Shown: piece by piece, positions 38,031 through 49,784 of the stretch | Numbering within the stretch: the first letter of the stretch is position 1 | Layout: each line of letters opens with the position of its first letter | Source of the DNA: Ptychomitrium polyphyllum | Lineage: Eukaryota | DNA length: 64,000 bases | NCBI GenBank assembly: GCA_973851085.1 | Contig: OZ316775.1 | Span: 22,320,001-22,384,000, forward strand | Reading direction: 5' to 3' | Translations under genes and position numbers: made by a program | Notes under the pieces: model-generated | What the model was told of the DNA's origin: nothing | Databases searched by the model: none | What the model saw: only the letters and a program-made list of their open reading frames with translations

Positions 38031-39489
38031 TGCTGGATTCTGGAACCAAAAGTATCTATTCGGAAAATGTATCTTGGCCACGTACTGACGCTCCACAGAG
38101 TCATTTTTCCGTACGGAAATTGAGTGGACCATCATCACAGACCAGGTTACACCATTTTCAGGAGTTTAAAACCAGATATCTGCAAAAGGTCTTCACACAG
38201 GAGAGAGCATCCTAATTGACCAGTGGCATTTCTGAAGGTGCACCTAAGGGTGCAAAGTTTCCATTGCAGGGACAACACCACTTTCATTGCAGGGATAATA
38301 TCATTTCCATTGCAAGGTCCAGATCCTTCGTCAGCACCTCCATCTTCGTGTCATTTCGGATGCAAATTGACACAATGACTCAGGAAAATACTTGACTAAA
38401 TGCTGCATACAGAAAGTCTCCAGCATGCTACATTCAACCTTCCATAAGACATATTGGCATGTATGTTGATGCTAAATTTAAGGGTTGCGGCCAGAAATTT
38501 CACCTTCGTAATCCTGCAATTGGTTTAACTGGACACCATGTTTGATGATTACGCCAAACCCAACTCAATCTTGAGAATTTAGAAAACCTCAATTCAAAAA
38601 CAAAGTGCATCGAAAAATCTGGTTATCCGCCAAGGTAATCATGCGCCATAGTGGCATTACTTCCATTATGACGCCAACTCAGCGGTATTTGGGTCATAAC
38701 GTCCATGAAAATACAGCACACGTTTCACTGCACTTTTGATACAACTACCGACCTATAAGAAGAAAAACGCATGTGGGGTTTGTGTTTGTTACAGTGCTAC
38801 AAGTCATGATAGAATGATTATTGCAGGTCAAAAACGAGAGAAGAATCAATATGCCTGCGATGCAGAGATATTACACGACAAGCACAGACCTCACCACGGC
38901 ACTCATAACAATGAAACGGAGCTGAGCGGTTAGGTTTGAACTTCACGGCCTCTGGCACTACGGTCATCCCCACAAAAGTGACACCTGGATGAACTTGGTC
39001 AAGTGATATCCATCAATCGCCACTCTCAGGGGACAGTTTCACTAGAAAAAATGAAAAAGATCCGTGTTGGCTTACAGTTCAAATGATCAAATAAGAATAC
39101 TAAGGCTCATTTCTACTACGGTATAGGCAAAAATCATAATAGGTTTTGCCCAAAATGGAACTAATCCTGCGACGAACTACTCAACGCCTTAGATCCTCGC
39201 ATTCTGAACATGCCAGTGTATCCGCACGAAACTAATCAGGTCACGCCAGAAGAATACTTGGTAGACTGAGAGATAGTGCGACCAAGAGCAACAAGAAATA
39301 AAAATCGCCAGCTTACTTCTCCACCACATGCATTCAGCCCGGAGAAAATCGTAAATCGTCAGCAGTCAACTGAGGACAGACATGAAATAAGCTTTGGCGA
39401 GGGTTCGTAAGAGAAAATGGGAAGTTGAACGCGAGATTGAATTCACTTTCAGTTCATAAAACTCTGTTACAGAAGGTAAAATCCAGATA

Positions 39490-41747
39490 TTACCGCATGT
39501 TGCCTTCACGCAAAACATCAATCATGTTATACAACTTCTTATCTGCCCTCTCTCGAATCTGCGCAATACAGCAAAAATCCAAGATGTTAGAACTTCCTCT
39601 TCTGAAACTTATTCAGGCAGAAAACATATATACTAGAGCAGTGATAAGCAGCTCACTGAGGTTGAGATAGTATTTCAAAATTACTACGATAATCGAAGTT
39701 ACCAGAACCACTCCTAACTATTTACCAAGTAAGGGTATTGTATCATTGTCGGATCTCACCTTTTTGGCTAAAAACAAAACAGCATCAACAGTCCCCTCTG
39801 CATATATTGATCTCCCGCAAACATTATGCTGAAATTCGAAGTTGACCCTACAAGAACAGAAAGACCCAATTAGATATCAACACTCTCCTAAAGATGTATA
39901 ACAAGGATTTTTAATGCCAACTTCGGTGAAGTAACAAGAAGTCATGCTTCAACTGGAGTCAGAAGCTGGAGGAACGTAATAACAATGCATTGCTATTTCA
40001 TAGCTAGGGAAGTCTACGCACATGCCATCTGACGAGACAACACGGTACGTATGAAAAGCATGGCCATTGAGGTGTTCTTCAGGTACTTCCATCTCTTCAA
40101 TTTGCCTCTTAGGGTCCCTGATCATCTTAATCTACCAATATCCACACACAGCTAGCAGTTATGAGAAGATTGTATGCATGAATAAATATTCAGTTGAGAT
40201 AAGTTACAGACGAAGTTGAAACTTTTTGATGCATGTGAAGGTTTAGGATTTGACACCTCTTCCATGTCAAAGACAAGACCTAGTTTCTGGAAGCTGCCAA
40301 TAATAGCTTTCGCAGTTCCTGACGTATCCACTTTGGTAGATTGATGAGATTCTGTGACCTGCCAGCAATCGCCAAATCAGCCAGCAGAACCAATCAAGAA
40401 CTCACTAGCAGACAGAATACCAAAACCCTCAAAAGATTGAGCGTACTACTACATTCCACGCATGAATTACTGTGCACGATAACAAGCTCCATTCAGTTTA
40501 AGGTTTTGTCAAAAAATCCTTTGAACCAAACGTCAAAACTTTTAATATAGAAACTCAATATGAACGCTATTCGCCTAAACCACATACAAGAAAAAGAAAA
40601 GTTCTTCAAACCTGTAGTTTGTAGCCAGAAAAGGCGCCGGGAAATTGCTCAGCCATAATCGCCATAGCCGCTTGAAATGCTACAACCTGAAACAAACATA
40701 TTTTCTCCATACCTTCAAAAACTTCCACAACTCCACTTCAACGATAACTAAATGAAGATGCTTCTAAGATGCAAATCAACTGACTGTAGATCAACGATAA
40801 CAATCATCCATCACATTGTCTATAATCAAGAGTCAAAGAGTTTATGGACAAGAAATGTATCCTGCCTGCTTTCCCATTTGAGGGGCAATAACTGAGTACA
40901 CTCCAGACTTCAGAACATCCTCTATGAGCTTCTCACGGTCACCACCGGTGGTGCCCATCACGAACGGCAAGCCCCGACTGCAATAAAATTCAGCATTACC
41001 TGTAAGAACACCACTGAAACACCTGAACAAACGCCAAAACAAAAAGACCACACTCCAACCAAAAGAACCTAAAACCTCTAAAACTGCCTCACACCAAACA
41101 TCAAACCCAAATGTCCACAAAACCAGATTTCCACTCACAATTTAGGGCAAAAGCAAACGCTCACCATTCACTGCTGCCGGCAATGTATAATCCACAACAA
41201 TGACATTGGGATAGTCTTTCAACACTTTGTCCATCACGCTCTCACGGTATCTGGAATCCACAGCCTCCACACTGATCCCCTGAATGGTGAACGAACGCCC
41301 CAATCCAGGCCCTGTAAGGCAAACCGGCACCAGCTGCAAACCAGCCCCCACTGCAGCCTCTGCCACCGCTCCTCCCATCTTTCCTGAGCAATCATTTACC
41401 TGCCACAAGACTCAGACTCAAATCCAACCCCGTCCGTAAAACCCACTTCTCCACCAAAACCCACAAAGGGGAAAATAATTCACATTCCACCAGTGATTGT
41501 CCAGAAACGTTACCATGACAACCAAGTCACCAAAACTAGCACCACTTGCAGCTTTCACGCAAACTGGAGAGCGCTTCGCCTTGGTTTCCATTTTGCAAAG
41601 GTTGACACCGCATTTGAGTTGGACACCGCCGGTAAAAGTGGCGCTTGCGCACGATTGCAGAGCGTGAGAGGGTGTGCGGTGATAAATGGTGGCGGCGACG
41701 GATGGATTGTGGAGCTTTGAGGTGAATGGCGTGCAATGAGCCGCCAT
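39490..41747 (-). CDS. DAPB: Plastid 4-hydroxy-tetrahydrodipicolinate reductase (lysine biosynthesis)
   Basis: Transit-peptide-like N-terminus; VMVNDCSGKMG, VVDYT, PFVMGTTGGDR, PQMGKQVVAF, ESHQSTKVDTSGTAKA, HNVCGRSIYAEG, MIDVLREGNMR*; 8 exons (41747-41514, 41399-41165, 40999-40866, 40686-40612, ~40358-40257, ~40131-40022, ~39847-39760, ~39558-39490). Confidence 0.95.
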
Positions 41748-42348
41748 CTTTTAAAAGGCTGGGTAATGCTCGCAATGGAAGGCTGCACGATGAGCTCCGA
41801 GGTGGGAGAGTGGTTGTGAATGGAGTGCAGGGCTCTCCTCTTAAACCCAAAAACCTGAATTGGGATTCTCAAGTGTCAAGTCCCAGGGCTTGGTTCTCAT
41901 ACCCGGATCCTCTTTTCCTGGGCTCCGGATATGCATGAGCCTCTCTGAATGCTTTTAGAAATGTTTACAATTGTGATGGACCGTCATTATCCACGATTCC
42001 AACATAGTCTACGATTTTAGTAGAAGTTCGAAATGAAATGTACGCTCTGAGTAGATGATGTTGGTTTTGGATGCAGCGACGGTTTTATAGTGAAGCTGGA
42101 GCGTTGGGGAGACGAAGTCGTAGTTGCTGCGGAACTCTGAGTCACAGCTTGCGAGCTTTTCAGATTGCAGCCCACGCTTGTTTCCATCGCCGCGAGCGCA
42201 ACTCCTCTTTCCAGAGCCAACTCAGTCCATGCATCTCACATGCTCCATGCGTGACCACCAGCACCAGAGCGGAGGGCGAAATCACCAACACAATCATCAG
42301 TACGAGATACACACAATTGTTGAGTCCCTGGACTTAGGGTAGGGCGCA
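41748..42348. promoter_or_regulatory. Compact divergent (bidirectional) promoter region DAPB/DCP5
   Basis: Start codons at 41747 (-) and 42349 (+) are separated by 601 nt, which must hold both 5' UTRs and promoters. Confidence 0.6.
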
Positions 42349-45300
42349 ATGGGGCGCGGGCGAGGTCCCAACACGGCTGACTCCTACATCGGCAGCCTCA
42401 TCAGCCTCACCTCCAAGAGCGAGATTCGCTACGAGGGCATCCTCTACACCGTCGATACCGAGAACTCCAACATTGCACTCCAGAACGGTACCTCAATTTA
42501 CCCTAACGCGTCCTTTTCACGGTTTTCAGGATTTTTCTAGTGTCCGGTGCATGCTTGGTATGGATTATCATGATGTCGTGATTCCGTATCGTGAAGTGGA
42601 GAATGCAGATTTATTTTTGACGATCGTATTTTAGGGTTTACCTCCGTTTTGGTTGTCGTGCCATCTGATGGACACAATGGGAGTAATTGGAGGTTGAACA
42701 AAGAGGTTTTTGTGGAGAATCTAGTTTCAGTGTTGGTAATTGGTCCTGGCAATGTGTGGTTGGGAGGGTTTGTTGCGTCCAGTATCTCCGCTTCTAAGCG
42801 AGCTCATGCATTGTGTGGATGAGTTTGCATGGAATTATCGTGGTTCTGGGAAAAGTACGACGTAAGAGGGTTGTGGTGTAAGACTGCTATGTCATGACGG
42901 CGAGCATGCAGCGCGTTTGGGTGATGTGAGAAACTGTGTTTAGGTTTTAAAGGGTTAGATGCAGTAGTCATTTCTAGAGCCGTTACGCGAGAAGACGGTA
43001 TAGTTGGCTTTGAAATCTTGGCAGTGGGTTTGGAGCAATTGTGTAGGATCATGTGCAAACCCAGCATGTCACGGTTTGTTATTATTTATAATAGGGTTGC
43101 TCCAGTTTCATGATTGGACTTTACCGCTGGCAAGCACGAGTCTCTGCTCTCCATGCAGACTAATATAGTTTATATAGATTTTTTTTTCAGTTTGTTCCGA
43201 ATGATTTTTTAATTCAGCTACTTAAAGTTTGACCCGTGCAACGTTGATCTTGATGTGAGCTGGTGTCTAGTTTGAACAGTAGAGAAGATATTCCTTTTTG
43301 ATATGAAGTACTTTTGCAGTTTGATATGAAGTACTTTTGCGCATCTATGCGTTGGACTCTCGGTACATGCTCGTTTGCATGAGTGAAATAATATTCCCAG
43401 CACACAGATATATGTCAACTTACATCGAGATTGCAGTGCTCCTGACCAAGCTTATCCACTTTGTTGACGTGAGGTATTATTGGGGTTGAGGTTGTCTCTG
43501 TGGCATCGGATTCGAAGGTTTTGAGTGGAGTGGGCAGGGATAACGATTGGTTGATATTTTGGTATGCAGTGCGGTCGTTTGGAACAGAGGGACGCAAAAA
43601 GGATGGCCCCCAGATTCCTGCCAGCGACAAAGTGTATGACTATATCATATTCCGCGGATCAGATATCAAGGTTAGAATTTCTGCTGATACGAGGGTGGAA
43701 GACTTGTTTCTAGAGTCGTGCTAACTGGATGCGCGCTTGTTTGAGGTAGGACATGTTCAGTTATGATAGCTGATTTCCTGATGCGAGATCGAGCATGGCA
43801 TTTGTGGTGCTAATTTTCTTCCGCGTTATGTGATTAGGACCTGGAAGTGAAGTCGTCTCCACCTCCTCCACTGCAACCTCCTCCACCTCCATCGCAGCCG
43901 ACAGATCCTGCAATCATCTCACTCCAGGTAAGCCGTCTTAATATGGGTTTAGTCGCTCTATGTGGTCACGCCGACAAGGCTTGGCTGGTTGGACTACTAG
44001 GTTCAAATGCGAATTTTAGGCGCCAGTTGTTTGTCATGATCCAGTATTGAGCATCTCTCGACTTAGGAACGACGGGAACAGAGATGAAGTATAGAGAACG
44101 CAGCGACGGTGTTTGCAAGAACGCGTGAATTGGTTGAAATGTTCGTAGGTTGAAATGGATAGAGATGCTGTGGTATTGTCCCTAATGTCTGTGCTATGTC
44201 GACTGGTCTCTTCAAGCAGTCTCAACCCCACTACCCTCCACCGTCATCTCTGGGATCGTATAATGGCGGGTCACCAGCCGCAGGATCGTCCTCAGAGCCG
44301 AGTGCTCCGCCGCCCCCTTACATTGGGATACCACCATCTCAGTACCGGGGCGCTGTGCAGTCTCTGTATCCTCCGGCAGGAATGCAGTCGTGGGGTCCTC
44401 CTCCACCTCCTGGCACCAATGGGGCGGGTCTGAGGATGCCAGTGTACTGGCAGGGTTACTACAGGCCTCCACCAGCGGGGCACATGCAGCATCAGCCCAT
44501 GCCGCCTCAACCTCCTCCTTCATTGACGGCACCACCACAAGTCGGGCAGCAGCAGCAGAGTGCACAGGCGTCAAGCTTGCTAGTACAGCTGCCGGCAGTG
44601 TCAAGTTCTCTAGGACTGGTTACGGGACCCAGTTTCAGCGGCGCAGTGGATTCAGCATTGCAGTCGCAGGCAGAATCTTCTGCATCGGGTATTCCAGCGG
44701 CTAGTGGGGCCAGCTCTGCCGCTCCTGCGGCACTGTTGGTGGCAGCAACTACAACCCCTGTGAGCTTCGCACTCAGTGTACAACTGTGTTGATGTTCTGC
44801 GATGTAACTGGATGGTCTTGTTTAGTGGTTGGACTAAATTCTTTTTAATGATGGAAGGTGTGGCACTGGACATGTTTGCAGGCTTTGACTGCGGTGAGTC
44901 CTACAGTATCTGCTGCTGTTAGCACAGCAGCCAGGCCTGTGGCGTCTTCCATAGGGATAACGGCTGCTGGGTCTGCCATGGGAGTCCCCGTTTCAGCTGC
45001 TGCTAGCTTACCTTCAGCAATGCAAGGTGTGAGCGCGGTGATCACGCCAATGCGAAGTGACCCACGGCGTGGTGTGGGAATGGCGTTCCAGGCTTCGCAA
45101 TCCTCATCAATTCAGGGCGGGAGAAGCTCCTCCCAAGGGCTGCACACTCAGAGCATCTCAAGTGCAGCTGGTGCGCCTGCGGGTTGTCTTACACGACCTC
45201 TGGGCGAGGCTGTACAGCCGTCAGAGACGGCAGAGATGTTTAAAAAGGCGGGAACGGCCGGTTCACAAGAGCAAGCGGCAGCAAAGGTGGAGCAGAAAGC

Positions 45301-47536
45301 TGTGGAATCTGCAAACTTAGGGAGGTCAGGGGTAATGCAATCTTCGTCAGGGGGAGTACCTGCGCAAGAACAAGTCAGTCAAGCTCTACTTTCACTTCCT
45401 TCAGCAGAGCACACGCAACAGGCGATAGCACAGGTGCCCATTGTGTTTTTATGTCTGTAGTTGATGGACTGAGTGCGAAAGCTTGTTAAAAGAAGGAGGG
45501 GTCCATAGAGTATCCTGTTGGTTCTTCAGGTGGCAATGCTACTTTGAAGCGCTATCGTTGCGTGTGAGACGCTTGATGTGGACAGATTTGTGTGATTCAG
45601 GGTTTTGCATCCTTTACAGGATGGAAATGGAATGTACTGAATGTGTAGGTGTACAAGTGTCGTGCTTGACTGCCCAGGATTCGTAAACTTAGGTAGAAAT
45701 GTTCTAATACTTGAAATATTTTCTTGGCAGCGAGGAAGCCATGGTATACCTGTCGGCCAAAGGAACCGGTGGCAGGTACTGTTTAGTGCTGTGTAGGATT
45801 CGCCAGGTGCTTATACTGTTTGTCTTGGGGTTACTGGCATTCATTATGTGAGAAGCTCTGCTGAGTGAGCGTTTCAGTTGATGGAAGGCGAAGACATGTT
45901 TATGACCGTTAGTCTTTCTGGGGCAACAATAAGGAATCAAAGTTACTGATGAGTTGTAGTAAGGCAGTAGTCCTGAAATAGGGGTTTGTGTATCAATTGA
46001 TGTTGCTGGCAAGTGGAGTTAAGGTTGACAAAGGTGTGCAGGGAAATGGATACATGGGGAATGGCAACTACAATCGGCGTGGAAGAGGGCGAAGCGGCAG
46101 CAGTGGAAGGGGCATTGGGGTAAGTTCGTCAGGCCATGCCATTTTCTGTTGGATTATCTGTAAACTTAGGTTAGGTTTGTTTTCTATCTAAAGCTAGGTT
46201 TTATGAGTTCGTGTAAGATTATTATCTTTTCTTGCTTCGTGTGTTTCGGAAAAAGATTTGGTCATCTCTTATTGTGGTGGAAGGTGTTTTAGATTTTTAC
46301 TAGGTGTACGGCTGATGTGGTGCTTTTTGCCGGTGATTGGGGGCAAGCAGCTGGCGAATCCTACACAGCATTTCACGGAGGACTTTGATTTCACTGCCAT
46401 GAACGAGAAGTTCAACAAAGACGAAGTGTGGGGGACGCTTGGAGCGAAGAGCGAGAGTGCGGGCGATGAAGAAGAATATAGCTATGATGATGGACACATT
46501 GAAGATGACATCGCTGATCCTGCAGAAACAGATGCGTTCAAGAAGGTGATGCATTGTTTGGATGTGGATCACTTTAGAATTATGTGCAGTTGCTTCACTA
46601 AATTTAAGGTGGTATGGTGTTGATTTCGTGTGAGTTGAAATTTGTGACGAGAGGATGGTCACCTTGTTTTTATCTGCGGTGGCATGGGTTTTGTTTGAAA
46701 AATGTTTGATATTGGTATTATGCGCTTGTTTAACATGGTTCAACTTTATGAATAGGCATTATACAACAAGGATGATTTCTTCGACTCTCTGTCTTGTGAT
46801 ACAAAGGACCGTGAAGGAGGGCGTGTAGAACGTACTAAATTTTCTGAGCAGCGCAAGATTGATACAGAGGTATGTTGCTGGTGGTTGTGAGCATGCTTCA
46901 ACATGTGTGATCTGTCTCTCTGACTATGAGCTGACACTATGAGTCCCGTGTTGGCGAAAGCTTATGTTTCCAAGTTTATTCTGTGAGAACTTTCATGCGT
47001 AGCTCTTTTAAATGAAGTTTTTGTTAAGGCATTTTTGGAGCAATATATCCGATTAGATTTGCTAACTTAGTGTTGGAGTGTTTGGTGATTGCAATCATGT
47101 GGAAGGGTGTCTTTATTTCAAAATGAAAAATGAAAGAATTATTTTATTTGAGCTTGATTTCGGTGGTTTTGCAACTGGAATCATATTTTGATGGGCGGAT
47201 TCAATTATTTTGCTATCCATCTTCTGTCATTGTAATATTATAATGTTGTTCAAATAAATATCTGCACTGCAATCATACAAGAACATCTTTGTCATTTTTT
47301 GTAAAACATCTTTGTCATTGCTGGAATCTAACTAAAATCTCATGGTGATTTTTGAAAATCAGACTTTCGGAGATTTCCTAGTGAGGTCTCGTGGGGGCCG
47401 TGGTTTCCGTGGAGGACGTCGTGGACGATACAGGGGTGGGTACTACGGCAGTGTCGGTAGGGGTTACGGGATGGGCAGAGGCGGTGGCTTTGGCAGGGGC
47501 CGTGGTATGGGGCCGCCTTCATCTGCTATTGTATGA
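42349..47536 (+). CDS. DCP5: Decapping 5 / LSM14 (Scd6) homolog, P-body protein
   Basis: LSm14 domain [75 protein letters not shown]-terminal RGG; about 10 GT-AG exons. Confidence 0.96.
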
Positions 47537-48999
47537 GTAGTTATTCCCACTATTTTAGGGGAATTTACTGTGGCAGTCGCATGCAGCATGAAATTGTATG
47601 CAGAACAGAATGACGCCTTGGTTCACTTTTTAGTGTAGTGGACTGTGAAGATTATGTGTGTTAGCGGTATGAATGTGGAAGATCTTATATACGATCCTAG
47701 GTTTGTGGTGCTAGCTTCCGGAATAGGTGGCAGCTGGAGAATGCGACAAGTTTTGAGAACTCTTCGTGAATATGAAGGGGTTTTTGAATGGTGAGACGTT
47801 CCTTATTGTGAGGATGCTCGTTGTATCTATCCTCTAGGTCTATTTTTTTCAACGACCTGGTGTTGGTGTTTGGCCAAGATCTTAGCTGGTCCGCATTCTG
47901 TAGAAGTTTTAAACACCAGGTGAGAAGATCTGGATTTATGCCTCAGCTGTGGGAGGTTTTTGTTGGACAGACTTGGAGTGAGAGTTTTAAATCACCCCAA
48001 GTTCACGGATGCGCTGCAACAATGATGTGGATAGTGGAAGGTTGGGTTGTAGGTGGTGGGTTGGTGTAGGCTACACAGAAAGACGTGAGGCGTTAGACTT
48101 ATCATCTCCTGTGCATATTGTCCCGATGGTAGAATTCTGTCGATGGGAATAAATGGGAGCCTGTCATTTCCCCAGTTTGTCAAATTTGTTCTTTGTCACC
48201 ACATTTGTAGTTGCATGATGGATTCTGATTTCAGTTTAATTTAAAATTTAAAATTTTGTTTTTGTGGCGTACATCAAACTTTGTTCAAGTGCAGAAGATA
48301 GTGGTACAAAGTTTAATGTTTGATGTGTTGTTTTGGAGCGCGTTCTCTCTGGTATTGGCTACGATTTTTTTGAATTTCTTATGCGCACAAGTGAAGTTCA
48401 ATTTTGGACAAAACAGGTGATTAAACTTAAGCTTTGCCATGCGATTTTCAAGATGTTCTTGAAATTCGAGAATAGGATCCTTCTATTTTTAACTAAAGTT
48501 ATTATTTCTTATTGCATAAAGATCTAAGGTTTGAATCAAGTCGTGCTTTATTGTGCACTGTATCATTTTTGTGGTTTCTAAAATCTTCGTAAATAAAAAT
48601 TTGCTTGTATGTGCCCTGAGTTTCAAACTTGTTATTTTAAATTTTAAATTTTAAGCACAAGTAGAAGTTTTAAATGTTTAAATATTTTAATATTTAAAAC
48701 GACTTTTAAATATTATTGACGAATTTCAACTGAATAGTGAGCCTCAGCTATTTTCTAATATTGTAATATATTAACTACACTTTCTTGGTTACGTCGTACT
48801 CACTACTGACCGTATTGCAAAGTACTACGCGTACATTTGCAGAAACAATGGTGGTATCAGCAATTAACCAAAGAATGGATTTACAACATGCATGGATGGA
48901 TGCCGTTGAAAACAATGTGGATTGAATGAAACTATTGTTCAAGAACACGGTTACCTGAAGAAAGTCTTCGAAGTCTAATGTCTTTATACAAGCAAAGTA

Positions 49000-49784
49000 C
49001 TATAACTACCAGTCTACCTGGAGTCTGGACGCAGGGATATAATCGTTTTAGTACCCTTGAAGCTTCAATTGCAGCATTCTTCGTGAGGCAGATGACCGTG
49101 ATGAGTTCATCTGAAAGGCAGAACCTACTGTGACTTATCTGCTCAACAGTTTCTGAAGAAGTCCTTGTCCAATCTCGTTGCCACTTCTGAATCAGGAGAA
49201 ACTTAAGCTACTCAATTTGTGGCTTAATTTAATCTTGATGTGGCAGGGAAGTCAAGCGATTGCAGTACTGGATGGTCGAAGTGACCGAGCCAATTTCAGA
49301 ACCAGAACCTGGACACCCTAGATCCCTCCCAAAATATCTAGCCAGGCATGTCTGTCAAAGGATGGGGTTGTTGTGGAAGGGGATCATCTATGCAGTCATT
49401 CATGCAATGCAACCCGCGGTCTGCACTTTGTTTAATCTTGGCTGAGGCATTCATGAACAAGACCAAAGATCCTAGCTAAAAGATCATAGGATATTGCGGT
49501 CAAAACAACAGGGATTCATTAAAAATGTGGAAATAACTTATGGCTCAGTGTTGTTCCTTCACCCAGTTTGAGCCATTATATCGATAGTATTGGTGTCCTT
49601 CTCCAGAAAAACTTAGGTACAGTTTGTACCCCTCGAGAATCTCCATCGCATCTGGCACTTGGGGAACAGTTGAACCTGTTGGAGCTGGTTCTTGCAAGTC
49701 CCTTGCAGCTAACACATATGAAAAAGCAACTGACAAAAGAACAAATAGCTTTCTAACTGGTAACGGCTTGAACCCCATCTTCAA
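49000..49784 (-). pseudogene. DUF3455-like secreted protein, truncated
   Basis: Signal peptide and EGYKLYLSFSGEGHQYYRYNGSNWV resemble the DUF3455 N-terminal G-x-Q-x-Y...W motif; TGA at 49545-49547 with no continuous frame after; 3' limit approximate. Confidence 0.5.

Noticed and set aside
38258..38316. Three ~23-nt repeats with CATTGCAGGG core
   Set aside because: Short degenerate slippage repeat with no further structure
39490..41747. Bacterial dapB contamination or recent HGT
   Set aside because: Seven spliceosomal introns, a transit peptide and plant-type motifs
44212..44873. Overlapping antisense and alternative-frame ORFs within DCP5
   Set aside because: Expected in GC-rich low-complexity coding sequence
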